From: Octopus vulgaris
Taxonomy: Eukaryota
NCBI GenBank assembly: GCA_951406725.2
Contig: OX597815.1
Coordinates: 42,160,001-42,224,000 of the forward strand
Direction: 5' to 3'
Length of the DNA stretch: 64,000 nt
The notes under the pieces were generated by a model. The model saw only the letters and a list, made by a program, of their open reading frames with translations, was not told the origin of the DNA and made no database searches. Shown here in pieces: positions 41,231 through 56,571 of this stretch. How positions within the stretch are numbered: position 1 is the first letter of the stretch; every line of letters starts with the position of its first letter. The translations under genes were made by a program, and so were the position numbers.

Positions 41231-43071
41231 ATATATATATATATAATGTGTGTGCGTCTTTGTGTAGTGTTTGTCTCCCACCTTTGCTTGACAGCCGATG
41301 CTGGTTTGTTTACGTATCTGTAATCCTGAGATTCGGCAGAGGTGACCGATAGAATAACTACCAGACTTAAAAATAAGTTCTGAAGTCGATTCGTTGATTA
41401 ACCCCTTCACAGTGGTGCCCCAGTATGGCTGCAATCCAGTGAAATATTTTATGTGTTGTATTTAATTAAATTTTTTTAGTGTTTATTTGATTATATCATT
41501 TTAAATCCGAATATTAACAATCGATCTGGTGTTTAGAATGCACTATCTTGTTTACATAGTTAAACTTTCAAATCTCATCCAAACGTGAATATTTTTTGAA
41601 ATACCCTTATTTATCTATTATCAAAGTTGACATTACTTTCTTCTCAGAGCCTTAAGGAACTAAAAGGGAACATTTTCGTGAACGTTTGACTTGTTCGAAT
41701 CACCGGCGAAATCTCTCTCAAATCACATCCTACTAAAAAAACCCAGAATATTTAGGATGATGAAGTTATAGATACACTACGCCTGAAGAATAAAACAAAA
41801 AAACAAACAAACAAAAAATTACATGATGGTCATAGCTGGAACTCTTTTGATCATACATCGCCTCGATCAAGTGTAACATGGGCTAAACAACAAAAATGAG
41901 TGCTGATGAGACCAATCGTATTGCTAGAAAAAAAAAATTGTCTAATCTTCAGATCACACTCTACCGCCTTAAATATAGGAATGCCATACTAAATACTATT
42001 GTTCCATGTACTATAAAAGACGGGATGGTCTCAAACGGGATGCCTATAATTATAGTTCTGCTCAATTACAGCTGCCTTGAAGCTCAGCAACAACAAAGGC
42101 CTTACTTTTCATTCGTTGATAAACGAAACCTATAGCTAATTTTAGCAAAAGTTTTTGCTAGTGAGGTAGACTTAAAAATATTGTATAAAATTCTAAACTG
42201 TTAATGAGAACATTCTCAACAACAGTTGCTAATGGTTACCGATTGTAATCTTTCCTTAATTTTCAAATCTATGTCCCAACAAATGAAAAACAGAAGCAAT
42301 AAAAAAGAAAAAAAGGAAAAACCGAAAAAGCCAAAGTAAAAATAAAAATAATGAAAAACAAACCAATCCAAAAGAAGAAGAACCAGATAAACATTTTCTT
42401 GATTTTTATTCCAAGGAATAGCTTATTGTTGAAATCAAATCATTTATTGCATTCAGAATTTTTTTAAAAATGTGTATTTACGAAAAGAAAATGCAATTAT
42501 CCATTTTCTACGAAGATTAATTTGTGGATTTTGAAAAATCCTTTAAGCCATACGGTAGCAAACGTTTTCTGTAGTACATTATTCTTTAATTTGTACATTT
42601 TTCAAGAGCTGTCACAAATAAAGATTCTTTGGTTTTCATGATTTTTGAATTTTTGCTTTAACTCAGTGATTTTCTATAAACTTAGATAGAGTCCCGTTCT
42701 GGAGTGTGTCATCTGATAACGAGACTCAGTTTTATGATCCCAAGGAAAAACCATTTGTTTAATTTGGCAGAATGAATAGGAATATTATCACGTTAAATTA
42801 TTCTGCCAACCAGAACAGAGTGAGTTGTCAAATACAGGGCAGAAGATGTTTTTGTAGAATTTCTTCGTTAGAATATCGCGTATTGGCACATTCATTGAGT
42901 GAATGATCTGATCATCGAACGAATGATCTGAGTGTGCTAGGATATATGCATGGGTTTGTGTGTGTATTTATATGTGTATATATTTGTATACACATATATA
43001 TATATATATGGGTATATTATGTGTATATATGGGTGTATATATGCATGTGCGTATATATATATATATATATA

Positions 43072-43210
43072 GGGAGAGTTTACGAAAAAAACAAAAGACG
43101 AAGACAGGTGGTGTACAAAACAAACAGATGTATTAGTATAACGCTCAGGAATAGAGAAAGTCTTTTACGTTTCGAGCTTACGCTTTTCTACAGAAAGGGG
43201 CACAGAAAAA
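43072..43210 (-). mobile_element. Penelope-type terminal repeat with hammerhead-like motif (family 2)
   Basis: rc CTTT-CTGTAGAA-AAGC-GTAA-GCTC-GAAACGTA-AAAG; homologous to 60785-60932. Confidence 0.55.
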
Positions 43211-43288
43211 ACACTACATACATACATACATACAAACACACACACGCACACATACACACACACATATATATATATATGGATGTATATG

Positions 43289-43364
<76 letters not shown>

Positions 43365-43741
43365 TGTCTGTATATATCTGTGTATATATATGCATATGTG
43401 TATACGGGTGAGTGTGTATATTTATGTGTGTATAAGAAATAAAGACAAGTGGTCGAAGAACCCGATTCCTATTAAAATAATAGGAATATTATTTTAATAG
43501 GAATAATATGTCAACCTCCATCTACACGTTCAAATTCTGAACTCTAACATTATGCACAGCGTTTATAAAAGACCAGTAAATCGAGCCATGGCGATAAACC
43601 GGATATGAGTGAAAAATTAAATAATAAAAGAATCTCAAAATACATTCCGAAGGATATATCTTAAACAATTCATAATTATTTACGAATATATCAATGACCA
43701 AAGATGCAATCAAAAATAAAGTTTGTATAATTAATGAACAA

Positions 43742-43913
43742 AGGCGCAGGAGTGGCTGTGTGGTAAGTAGCTTGCTAACCAGCCACATGCTTCCGGGTTC
43801 AGTCTCACTGCGTGGCATATTGGGCAAGTGTCTTCTGCTATAGCCCCGGGCCGACCAATACCTTGTGAGTGGATTTGGTAGACGGAAACTGACAGAAGCC
43901 TGTCGTATATATG

Positions 43914-43948
<35 letters not shown>

Positions 43949-44167
43949 TTGTGTGTCTGTGTTTGTCCCCCTAGCATTGCTTGACAACCGATGCTGGTGT
44001 GTTTACGCCCCGTCATTTGCGGTTCGGCAAAAGAGACCGATAGAATAAGTACTGGGCTTACAAAGAACTGGTACTGGGCTTACAAATCGGGGTCGATTTG
44101 CTCGACTAAAGGCGGTGCTCCAGCATGGCCGCAGTCAAATGACTGAAACAAGTAAAAGAGTAAAAGA
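43742..44167 (+). mobile_element. SINE family A, full length
   Basis: tRNA-like head, central microsatellite, (GTAAAAGA)n tail. Confidence 0.9.
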
Positions 44168-44173
44168 GAGAGT

Positions 44174-44571
44174 AAATCACAATTATAACGGAGAGGGTTT
44201 CAGAAACTCTTACATGTCTAGAAATAGCAGTCAAAACTGCTATAAGGCCACTATAACTACTCATATTTTATTTCTTCACCTTATTCGTGCCGGTCGGGAA
44301 ACATGTAAGCCCCAAGGTATGTTTTGTGTTAATTTGTATCTACAGGAATGTTCTGAGGAGGAGAGTGGAACCGTTTTTGGTTCCTAACTTCAAAATTGCA
44401 ATAGAGAATTAACCATTTATTTAAGTTTTGAATTTTATGTCATGTCGTCCGCCGACAGCTTTATTGTGAAGAGATAGAATATGAGTGGTTACAGCGGCTT
44501 AATAGCGGTTTTGACTGCTGTTTCTAGACATGTAAGGGTTTCTGAAACCCTCTCCGTTATAATTATGATTT
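44174..44571. repeat. Long inverted repeat element (~105-bp arms)
   Basis: AATTATAACGGAGAGGGTTTCAGAAAC..ACATGTCTAGAAA versus TTTCTAGACATGTAAGGGTTTCTGAAACCCTCTCCGTTATAATT. Confidence 0.85.
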
Positions 44572-44611
44572 GTTTACAATTATACACACTTCCTTTATAT
44601 ATATATATATA

Positions 44612-44918
44612 TCACGTGATCACGTGACCAACCAGACTATCATATGTTGTTACACATTGCTGGTCACAGTGCGCTTCGCATTGTTTTAGCCTTCAAATGA
44701 CGCCACCCCGCTGGCTAAGCGAGCAGACCAACAGAAGAAAGAGTGAGAGAAAGTTGCGGCGAAAGAGTACAGCAGGGATCTCCACCATCCCCTGCCGGAG
44801 CCACGCGGAGCTTTAGGTGTTTTCGCTCAATAAACACTCAACGCCCGGTCTGGGAATCGAAACCGTGATCCTACGACCGCGAGTCCGCTGCCCTAACCAC
44901 TGGGCCATTGCGCCTCCA
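44612..44918 (-). mobile_element. SINE family B variant (same head, different tail)
   Basis: 44735-44918 matches the head and middle of 18475; 44612-44735 is unrelated to that copy's tail. Confidence 0.85.
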
Positions 44919-45384
44919 CACACACACACACATACACCCATACACATACATATACATATATACATCATAATTACAAACACACAAACACACACACACATAT
45001 AATGAGTTCCCTGCCTATAAATCTATATTGCGTGTAAGATACTTAACATTTTAGCGAAGCTGTCTGCTCTCTGCTTATCCAGAACTGTGGTGCAAAAGCA
45101 TTTTAAGGTTAGTGTTCAATAAAACTATAAGTCAGAAAGACATTTCTGAAATCGATATTTTTATAAAATACGATTCACATACTTAATGAGCTAACGGGGG
45201 AGCTTCGATGGAAGCTTCTTAGCCAATACTACATTCTATAGAAGTGACAACTAAAATCTTTAAATCGTATCATTTGGTCTTAGAAAAATGAAGGACAACA
45301 TTGGACAATGTAGCAGTGTTTCTCCTTCTCTCTCTCTCTCTCCTTCCCCCCTTCTCTCTCCCTATATATATATATATATATAGA

Positions 45385-45605
45385 AGGCGGCGGGCTGGCA
45401 GAAACGTTAGCACGCCGGGCGAAATGCATAGCCGTATTTCGCCTGCCGTTACGTTCTGAGTTCAAATTCCGCCGAGGTCGACTTTGCCTTTCATGCTTTC
45501 GTGGTCAATAAATTAAGTACCAGTTACGCACTGGGGTCGACTTAATCCGTTTGTCTATCCTTGTTTGTCCCCTCTGTGTTTAGTCCCTTGTGGGTAGTAA
45601 AGAAA
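45385..45605 (+). mobile_element. SINE family C, near full length
   Basis: GGCGGCGGGCTGGCAGAAACGTTAGC head; B-box-like GAGTTCAAATTCC; minus homologue at 54605-54836. Confidence 0.85.
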
Positions 45606-45658
45606 TATATATATAGAGAAAGAGAGAGAGTGAGAGTGAAAGAGAGAGAGAGAGAGAG

Positions 45659-45721
<63 letters not shown>

Positions 45722-45856
45722 GATGCAAATTAACATGCTTGGGCTTGATGTACAAAATATGAATACATATATATACATATAAATATATATGAGGATATAT
45801 ATAGAGAGAAATAGAAACTGAAAATATTCAGAATATGAACACTCATAAAGATATCT

Positions 45857-46320
45857 CCAGCGAAGGCTAGAGGTGTTCGACAATGACTGTCTCCGCCGCA
45901 TTCTTCGCTGCCGACGCATTGATCAGGTTCCTACAGCCGGTCTTCGTCATCGCCTTAATCTCCGGCCCCTCCCTTCGGTGCTTCTACAACGGTGCTTAAG
46001 GTGGTTCGGTCATGCGGCCCGGCGTCCAGAGGGTGAGCTGATTCGCGATGTCCTCCTCCCACCTCCACTTCCCAGCTAGCGCAAACGCACGGGCGGGAAG
46101 CTTTAGACCTGGGCAACGACGATAAAGGAGGACCTCTCCGAACTCTCAGGTCCGCAGGTGGTCGGTCTGCGCAGATGGAACCGCGAATGGCTCGCTATCT
46201 CCAGCGACCTCGCACGGGACCGTCGAGCGTGGACCGCCATGGTTCGTGATGCCGTTAGGACCAGAGAAGAAGCCGGCTCAACCCGACCTGGGTGAACGCC
46301 GTCACAAGTACAAGTAAGTA
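45857..46320 (+). mobile_element. 5'-truncated RTE LINE with TSD
   Basis: FDNDCLRRILR..LRWFGHAARRPEG; AAGTA-repeat tail; ATAAAGATATCT duplicated at 45845 and 46321. Confidence 0.9.
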
Positions 46321-48321
46321 ATAAAGATATCTATATATTTACAGAACAAATTTACATGGTGCACAAAAGATACAGAAAAATAAGGGGCAGAGGGCATGGT
46401 GTATCAGTCCTACAGTTGTCAGACCTGAAATACCATACACCAGGAACAACTTTCGATCCTGAAATACTACTCCCTAGAAACAGCAGTCGGACCTGAAATA
46501 CCATGTCCTCTCCCCTTAGTTTTCTGTATTTGTTGTACTCTTTGTAAATTTGCGTATTCTGTAAATATATAAATATCTATATGCTTATACATGAATGTTC
46601 ATCTGAATATTTTCAGTTTTGTTTCTCTCCATATATATCTCTATATATTTACATGTTTATATGGATGTATGTCTATTTTGCATATCAAGCCTAAGAGTAT
46701 TTATTTGCATCACTATTTCCACATCAGCTCACCTGTATTCCTCTTATAGCCACTCTTTACCTCGCAGACTTGTCCTCGATAAAGACTTCAGAGTGTAAGT
46801 TCAAATCATTTGAGCACTACTAAGTGTTTTCTATATTGAATATCTCTGGATCTCACAAGCTGACTCACTCATTCTGTGTCTTACTGCCTGTCTGTCTGTC
46901 TCTCCCTCCTTCCCTCTCTCCCTCCCTCCTCCCTCTCTCTATATAACATCTGTTATAGTTTCAGATGTGGCTTCATGTCCCATGGGTAGCCTTCGACTTT
47001 TTCCACCTAGGGGTTTTAAACCAAAATTTACACCCTATTGCTTATAGCTTTATATACTTCGAGTTCTACCGCTAAAAACGATTTATTTCATGTCTCTCAA
47101 AGTTTCTAAATTCTTATGATGTAAACAGTATATGTGTATATGTGTGTGTTTGTGTGCGTGTGAGTGTGTGCATGTGTGCGTTTGTGTATGTGTGTATACA
47201 CAAAAAGACGGGTTGCCCACAGCTGGAACACCTTTGGTCATAAGTCAGCTGAATCAAAGCTGACATGTCTGCCACACGCATTCTCAAACAACTGATCAAT
47301 TGTGTGAAGACAAAAGACAAGCGCTCGCATATCGTCAAGGAAAACTCTTTGGAATTAAAGGGACAGCTCAATACGTCACGGTTACAATACGTCGAGTAGA
47401 GCAGAATTGACAAAAATTCTTGTTCGTTTGTAAGTAACGATACTCTTCTTCTATATTATGTTTGCTACTTAACTTCCTATGTTTGTGGAGTTACTTTCTA
47501 ATTAAAGAACGTACTTGGCAACAAGATATCAGATTTGTAGGCCTTTGGTCACCCAGTTCTTGCTAACGGGGCGATTTTGGACTATTAATTGAATAGAAAC
47601 AAACAGAACAAAAATGTTCAGTTAAAAACATTCTGGCGCACATTTAAAGGCAGTTTCCTTGACGATCTTTATTGATTACATAATAATAAATACCGTTAGC
47701 TTTACCTTCAAGTATGTGTACTTCGATGTATAGTTTATAACGATTTTATATTTATACATTCCCAATCAATAATTTATCTATAGAAAGGGCTATCAGATTT
47801 ATCTTTAGAAAAATTTAATTCATGTTTTATATAACTTAATTTTTAATAAAAATACAAACTTAAAATAAGCTGCAGTATAAAGGAGTTACGTTGAAGTACT
47901 GAAGTTGCCAAACTCCTAAATAAAAAAAATCATTATTGCATATATAAAAACTTTATAACAAAACTAGTTTTTTTCTTTAAGTATTTTCATATGTATAAGC
48001 TTTCCATACGTTAATGTGTTTTTACAATAGTACAATAGCTTCGTTATGAATTTCATTTTAATCGTTCTATCGAGCAGTTGTCTTTTTTTATTATCGTAAA
48101 TAAACCAATTCAGAAACAATAAGTTCCACAATATAAGATCATCTATATGCGATTCCTCATTGCTATGCATTGCTATGTGGGTGGATCGAAAGCATGGTCG
48201 AAATGTATGTATGTATGTATGTATGTATGTATGTATGTATGTATGTATGTATGTATGTATGTATGTATGTATGTATGTATGTATGTACGTATGTATGTAT
48301 GTATGTATTTATGTATGTATG

Positions 48322-48372
<51 letters not shown>

Positions 48373-48376
<4 letters not shown>

Positions 48377-48538
48377 CGTATTTTAACGTGTGTAAGGACT
48401 CTACTAATTTGGAGATTTGAGGCTCGAGGAATTAAGTAATTTATTTATATCTATAATGCTATCCATGTATTAGAAACTCCCATATTTTTTAAACCTAATT
48501 TTTGACAAAATAGAGTTCCTAACACACGTTAAAATACA

Positions 48539-48540
<2 letters not shown>
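48373..48540. mobile_element. MITE in (TA)n
   Basis: TIR ACCGTATTTTAACGTGTGTAAGGACTCTA versus TAGAGTTCCTAACACACGTTAAAATACAGT; TA flanks. Confidence 0.8.
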
Positions 48541-48580
<40 letters not shown>

Positions 48581-48619
48581 TGTATAAATATATATATACA
48601 GACACACATTGTGATTATA

Positions 48620-48880
48620 CACAAGGATTTTCATTTAACAAATAAATGCAAAAATAGTATACCGAGAAGATTCTCAATATCTTATACAACTCCACCGGTA
48701 TATTTTGTTACATAGCTTCAACTATATTGATCACCCCGTGTTAACTCTAGATTAACGAAGACACAGAAAAGATATTCCACATTTCGTGATTTTAGTGACA
48801 GCTTGCTCGTCAATAAATACTTTTCGTATTGAAAAGCAAAAGATCTGAAGTAAAACAGCATTATTCAATTAACTTTTTAG
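48620..48880 (+). pseudogene. Decayed vWA-domain exon (C-terminal half)
   Basis: DFHLTN; KILNILY; RKDIPHFVILVTACSS (compare RxDVPxxxIVITDGxS); AKDLK*NSI. Confidence 0.55.
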
Positions 48881-49872
48881 CGACTCAGCCCCATATTTTT
48901 TCTTTTTGATCTTGATCCAAATGACACCTTTAAATCATGTAATATGATAATACTGCGGCTGTTATTTAGTAGTTATTTTCTAAATATTTCCTTACATATT
49001 TTAACATCAGTATAGAATATAATTGGAAAACTAGCAACTACGATACCCATTTCAAAGATCAATAAAAATCAAATATATTTTCGAACCAAGGCAGAAATTA
49101 TACATACAAATATAACTAGTACTGGAAGTCACGTAAAACCATAACTTTAGCATTATTCAATAGAAAAAATTATACTTTTACTATTGGTTAAGGACTATAA
49201 TATATTTAACCTCAACTATAAATTCAAAGGAAGACCATTTATATTAAAATTCCTACCGAGGATTCTTTCTCACGGCAGCCTACTGACTTCAATGATATGT
49301 CCATATTCTGTGCATATTAATACACGTAAAGCATTAATGTAACATGATTCGCTATTCTTAGTGTATTTGTACGTAGAAATTCCACCATCTTCCAAACATA
49401 AGTTTTATAGTGTTTTTATTACTAACGACCTTGAAATTTTAGTCATAACCGCCAGATCCAGAAGTTTGTATTATACTGCGTATTGATAACATTACATTCC
49501 AGATATTGTAATACATCGAAAACATTTATTAGCTATTGTTGAACGTCGATGCTGAAAAGAACAGTTACCAATAAAAGAATAATTTTGCTTCAAATGAATT
49601 CATTAAATATTCATTGAGTATTATCTCTTGATTCAATTAGTCTGAGTAGCAAAGACATCTTAATACAAAACAAGACAAAGTTAGTGCATTCTTCATAAAA
49701 AAATTCTGTCCCAAAGAAATCTATGTCGGTTGTATGACAACATAAAGCAATTGATCAAATATTAATAATTAATATGAACGATGAGATCGCCAAATCTCGC
49801 CATTAAAGTCGATAAGATAATCAAACTAACTGCTATCAAGTAAATCGGCTGCACTTCAAGTACTAATGTCGA

Positions 49873-50400
<528 letters not shown>

Positions 50401-51139
50401 CCGGCCGGCCTATCTTGTCTATCTGTCTGTCTGTTTGTCCGCCCGTCCGTCCAATGCAACTCTTCCACGCCAGATATCTTGATCTTCCATGGCAGCCTTC
50501 ATATCAGCTAGTGTCTTCCATAAGCTTATCGATCGATATATGCTCTCTTCGGTCTGTCTCTATTCTCTGGATACCTATAGAATAGGGTATCCAGAGAAGG
50601 AGGTCACTGGATATTTTTTCCTTGCTTCGCCAGTAGTTTCCTGCAAAACTTATTCTTCTTTGTCTAAAGAACACTTTATGCAGAACACTGTGCTCTTATA
50701 TTATGTTATTAGAATCAATGTAAAAGTTTTAAAATGTTAAGTATTTTACAAATAACTGTACTTGATCTGTTGCAAAATTAATATTCAGAAAAAAGTTCCA
50801 TTAAATAAAATTAAAAAAAAAAACGTTAAATAATTTTATATGCAGTGATATCATTGTTAATACTATATAGAGCTTCCAAAAAGAAAATTTCTTAAATAGA
50901 AGCTTCTTTAATATTATTTAAATTTTCATGAGACTTCATTATTATGTCCGTCTTACGATGATAACCGTTATCGACTGAGTTTTGTTGTCGTGGTTTAGTA
51001 TTGATGTAGAATTAACCAACTCACCAATTCATACAGTCATCAGTGATAATATATTTCAAGTTGATTGAAAAGCTAGAGCATAATATAATATCTACTGCGC
51101 ATATGATATGTCTTTTTTACGTCTATATTTATATTGGGG

Positions 51140-51510
51140 AAGGACTCCGTCGGTTACGACGATGAGGGTTCCGGTTGATCCGAATCAACGGAACAGCCTG
51201 CTCGTGAAATTAACGTGTAAGTGGCTGAGAACTCCACAGACACGTGCACCCTTAACGTAGTTCTCGGGGATATTCAGTGTGACACAGAGAGTGACAAGGC
51301 AGGCCCCTTGAAATACAGGTACAACAGAAACAGGAAGTAAGAGTGAGAGAAAGTTGTGGTGAAAGAGTACAGCAGGGATCACCACCATCCCCTGCCGGAG
51401 CCTCGTGGAGCTTTTAGGTGTTTTCGCTCAATAAACACTCACAACGCCCGGTCTGGGAATCGAAACCGCGATCCTATGACCGCGAGTCCGCTGCCCTAAC
51501 CACTGGGCAA
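51140..51510 (-). mobile_element. SINE family B
   Basis: Reverse complement of 18485-18855, near identical. Confidence 0.9.
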
Positions 51511-51810
51511 ATGCAACCAAGCTCCCGGCTCTTTATTATCTTGAACAAAGTAACCTTCTTTTGATAAACGTGTTACTATTAAAAATAATAAATTAAATCA
51601 TTTTTTTTTGAGCAACTATTTATTTAAAAATTTTTAACGATGTGTGTATGTAATGCTTAACATACATGTATGATTTATATCAATAATATTTTTTAAAAAT
51701 TATATAAATTTTGCAGTAAATTTTAACTACAAAATTTCTAATTTATAGTAAACGTTAAACACGGTATTCCTCATCAAACACTCATACTCAAATCTCATAG
51801 CTATTGAAAT

Positions 51811-52219
51811 ACTCTTTTACTTGTTTCAGTCATTTGACTGCGGCCATGCTGGAGCACCGCCTTTAGTCGAGCAAATCGACCCCGGGAACTTATTCTTTTG
51901 TAAGCCCAGTACTTATTCTATCGGTCTCTTTTGCCGAACCGCTAAGTGACGGGGACGTAAACACACCAGCATCGGTTGTCAAGCAATGCTAGGGGGACAA
52001 ACACAGACACACAAACATATACACACACACTTATATATATATATATACATATATACGACAGGCTTCTTTCAGTTTCCGTCTACCAAATCCACTCACAAGG
52101 CATTGGTCAGCCCGGGGCTATAGCAGAAGACACTTTCCCAAGATGCCACGCAGTGGGACTGAACCCGGAACCATGTGGTTGGTTAGCAAGCTACATACCA
52201 CACAGCCACTCCTGCGCCT
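51811..52219 (-). mobile_element. SINE family A, full length
   Basis: Reverse complement of 43742-44167. Confidence 0.9.
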
Positions 52220-54526
52220 ATCTTTATCAACATTGTATTTTGACTTGTATTTCTTTTCTATTAATATCGTTTTTAGATTAACACTTCTTCCCTGTCAGCG
52301 ATGAAGTAGATCTGCATGCTATTTTGAACCTATCTAAGTAGTATCAACAATTTTGGAGATCTGAAATAACGAATAACTCAGTGTAAATCTCTGGTTGTAT
52401 TTTAACATTCTGGGAGATATATTTCTAATTGAATTTATCTGTATGTTTGGATAAGGTACTGGGGTATTTCCACTAAATTATTATTGAATGGAAATTATGT
52501 TAAAACTGTGACTTTATGACGAACGTTGATTCGTTTGAAGACAGAATTAGCTTCATTTATTTGAAGTCATAGAATTAAACCATAAAAATACTATGAAAGC
52601 TTTTATTCCACGTTTCAAGGAAATGGACACAACTAGGTGATACAAAGTTCAAACAAACTCTTCATTGGAATGATGGCCGAAAAATATCAGTTTTACAATG
52701 AACATGAACAGAAACGTGTTTCTTACAAACAAACAAACAAATCTAATGCATACAAAAATATATAAAGACAGACAAACAAACAGATACAGCTACTCGCGCG
52801 CACACACACACACACAAATATCTCTTATCTAAGGGAATTCCATTCCTGTTTAGAATATTGAAAACCAATGGAAATTGCAAAAAAAAAAAACCCAAAACAA
52901 AAAAAAAGCACAAGCCCCAATTAAGCAGAAAGCAAAAACAAAAACAAAATAAACAAAACACCCAAAGTACAAATGCTTCTGGGAAGAATTGAGCTCTCTG
53001 AAGAATTCTTATCTGGATATAACCACAATTATGAAATACGCATTTGATATAGACTGTAGAAGAAAAGCCGGACAGTCATTAAACATAATTCCTAAACTTT
53101 TTTTTTATTCTTTTGTTCTACGTAATATCTTTGCTTTAGCACATCATAAAACTATCATGGCGAACTATCAAAATTCATCAGTTGTTCAGAACTGAACGAT
53201 AAGGTGGCCTTGTCTGCCGAGTCTTACTACATTATAATACCTTTTACTAGCAATCACTTTTATCGATAATTATCACCTTAACGATGATTTAAATGACCAT
53301 TATCAATTCGAACTGTGTAAAGAGAGTAATTTACAAATGTCGACATTTTGGAGAGTCAACGGAGAATATCAATTAATGGTTGCAAAACGATAGACAAGAT
53401 GGACGATAGACAGCGCTGTGACAAAATCTGTGGTATTCTCTATTAGTGTATTTGTCTAAATTATGAGTTAACAAATATCTGTCAAATCGTATAGTATTTC
53501 AATAAACGATTTTGAGAATGAACATGCTAAAATGTTAGACAATATCTATACAAATCCAGTTTAGAATGCAGAATACGACATACTGAAATTATTGACAAAA
53601 AACAAACAAACAAAAAAACCCCAAAACAATTGGGTGTTCTACAAAGCATGTTGTTTAGCCCCAAGACAACTCTGATTGCTGCAGATATATGGCCAAAGGT
53701 ATTGCTGTTGCAATCAAGCTGTCTTTTTGTATATCAAGGGCTACATTGTTTAATGTATCCTTTTTTGATTTGAAAGAATTTGACAACTTTTCCCTCTAGG
53801 CCAAATGACTGCATGGCATGTTGTTATAACTGGTTACCATAACAGTGTTGTTATGTACCCGTAGTAGTTGGAAGGATCAGCTCCTTTCTTAATTAGGCTA
53901 TTCTCGGTAGAATCCTCATTCTAACCTGAACAAATAAAACATGTATTCAACTGTCGTCACATCATAAATGTCCATATTGTATAAAACCATTAATGTCCTT
54001 GAAATATTTTTGTATTCGACGAAAATATTTTTTGATGGAAATTTTGAAATCTGAAGGGACATAGTTTTAATTTAATTTTGATTCCAGCAAGTAAAACCCG
54101 CACCTCTATTAAATGCAATAAAATTTATTTCAGCATTTAACTTGAAATATTTCCAGTGGAGAGAAATAAGTAGTTGTTACAATCATACCTTCCTTTTAAC
54201 ATACCTTCCTTTTAATTGATGAAAATATTAGAGTTGGTATTCAGAATCACCATGTAGAATAATTTCACTGAAAACCTGCTCGTAACTTACAAGGACTATA
54301 TGGTATTCTAAATGAGAAGTGGGGAACCTATTTAGAACCAAGAGGAAATTGCAAATGCATAAGAATATGCAGGGGGTACATCTATGTTGATATAAATAAT
54401 AGATCTTTAATTCTAATGTAAAAACACTTACGTTATTTAGTGTTATGTAGAAATTCGAAACCTATATTACGAATAAGTCCGCTGTATATGTCGATACACA
54501 CACACACACACATACACATACACACA

Positions 54527-54592
<66 letters not shown>

Positions 54593-54604
54593 TACACATA
54601 TACT

Positions 54605-54836
54605 GTTTCTTTACTGTTTCTTTATTACCCACAAGGGGCTAACCATAGAGGGGACAAACAAGGACAGACAAACGGATTAAGTCGATTATATCGACCCCAG
54701 TGCGTAAATGGTACTTAATTTATCGACCCCGAAAGGATGAAAGGCAAAGTCGACCTCTGCGGAATTTGAACTCAGAACGTATCGGCAGACGAAATACGGC
54801 TACGCATTTCACCTGGCGTGCTAACGATTCTGCCAG
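54605..54836 (-). mobile_element. SINE family C
   Basis: Reverse complement of 45385-45605. Confidence 0.85.
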
Positions 54837-56069
54837 ACATACGTATGTATGTATATGTGTATACATACATATATGCATGTGTATGCATATATATATATGT
54901 GTGTGTGTATGTGTGTGTGTGTGTGTTATGTGCGTGCACGTATCTGCGCGTGCGTGCGCATGCACATGTGTCTGTGAGTATCCAAGTTATATGATTGGGA
55001 AATCATCGGTAGACGAATGTGAAGACGAGTCGGATTTAAAGAGACTTTTTGTACATACTACATTGAATCTTCAGTTATGCAACGCGATTTCTTTGTTGTA
55101 TAACTGTTTCTTGGACTATTTACTGTTAAATCTAAATTCTCGTCTTTGTGACTTATTTACCTCATAATATTACACATTCATATATATTCAATTATATTCA
55201 TTCACTATTTTTGTATTAACATTTAAACAGTTATTTTTATGAGTTTTTAGAAACTTTGTCAGTGAGGGTTTTAAATTTAAATGCGACTGATGCAAGTAAA
55301 TCTCTAAAGCTCACAAGAATTCTTTAAACTCTGAAATACACAAACACGCATTAATGAATGGATGGAAATATAGATATTGATTCATAGATGAGCTTCTTCA
55401 TTTTTAACATATTGATTTATTAGGTAGACACAAAGCCATAGATTTATAGGTAAATATGACACGGAATAATGCATAGTTCATATCATTCAAGAAGGCATTT
55501 CTGATGTAAGTGAAATAGTTTCAACGGAATATTTAGACCCGGCCACGGGTTTGGTTATCTGAGAGTTTATTGTTCACTTCATGAAGCTTGCTTATCGTTA
55601 TAATGTATTTGACCTTCTTTATGGAAAGTATCACAAAAGCATAGAATAGCGGAAACATCAATGAAACATAAATTTATCGAATAATTCCTATATAAGCTGG
55701 CGTTGCACGCCTTTAGTTTATATGGAATATGTTTACTCTACTATAAATGACATAGAATTCCGTCAGGGGCTGTCTCTCTCTTTACAAAGAGCTTAATTCA
55801 AACATTAAAGTGAAAGGGGCGAAAATTTATCTGTATTGAAGTTTAATCAATTTTCCGACATAATACTCAGAGTTTTGCTTTTAGGAGTATCAATGAATAT
55901 GGCAGTGATAAAGTTCTTTGTATAGCTTCTGAATAGCTTTGTTTGACTTTCTCATTCATATTTCATGTCGCAAGTACTTTGCATTCATATCGACTCCTTA
56001 CTGTTCATAGTTATTGAAATTACTATATACATATGTGAAAAAGTAATTATAATTATGAACGAGAGAGTA

Positions 56070-56108
<39 letters not shown>

Positions 56109-56571
56109 AGAGAGAGAAAGAGGGAGAGAGAGAGGAAGAGAGAGAGAAAGAGGGAGAGAGAGGAAGAGAGAAATTGCCAGGATGAAAGACATTTGGAGGC
56201 AAGAAGAGGGAAAGTGAAGTTAACGAAAGATAAAAGAAAATGTAAAGTACAAAACGCGGAAATAAATAATGACAGGAATCGTTTGTTGTAAAGATTAATG
56301 TAAATGTAGAAAAGATACAGAGGAATACGATGAAGGAAGAAGAATATCGTGAATAGTTTCTATGACCCGAGTCTCTCCGGGTTTGTTGTAAATAATGAAG
56401 TCGTGTACTGTTGCTACAATGACATATGGTTTTTATAATATGAAACACTAACTCAGAGTGATCGATTGGGCGTTCTGCTTATTTAGTTATAAGATACACA
56501 GCAGTTTGTTCAATACAAAGCTTAATGTTCTTAATATCTTAGCAAGTTTGTATTTTCTGGCTTCTGTTAAA

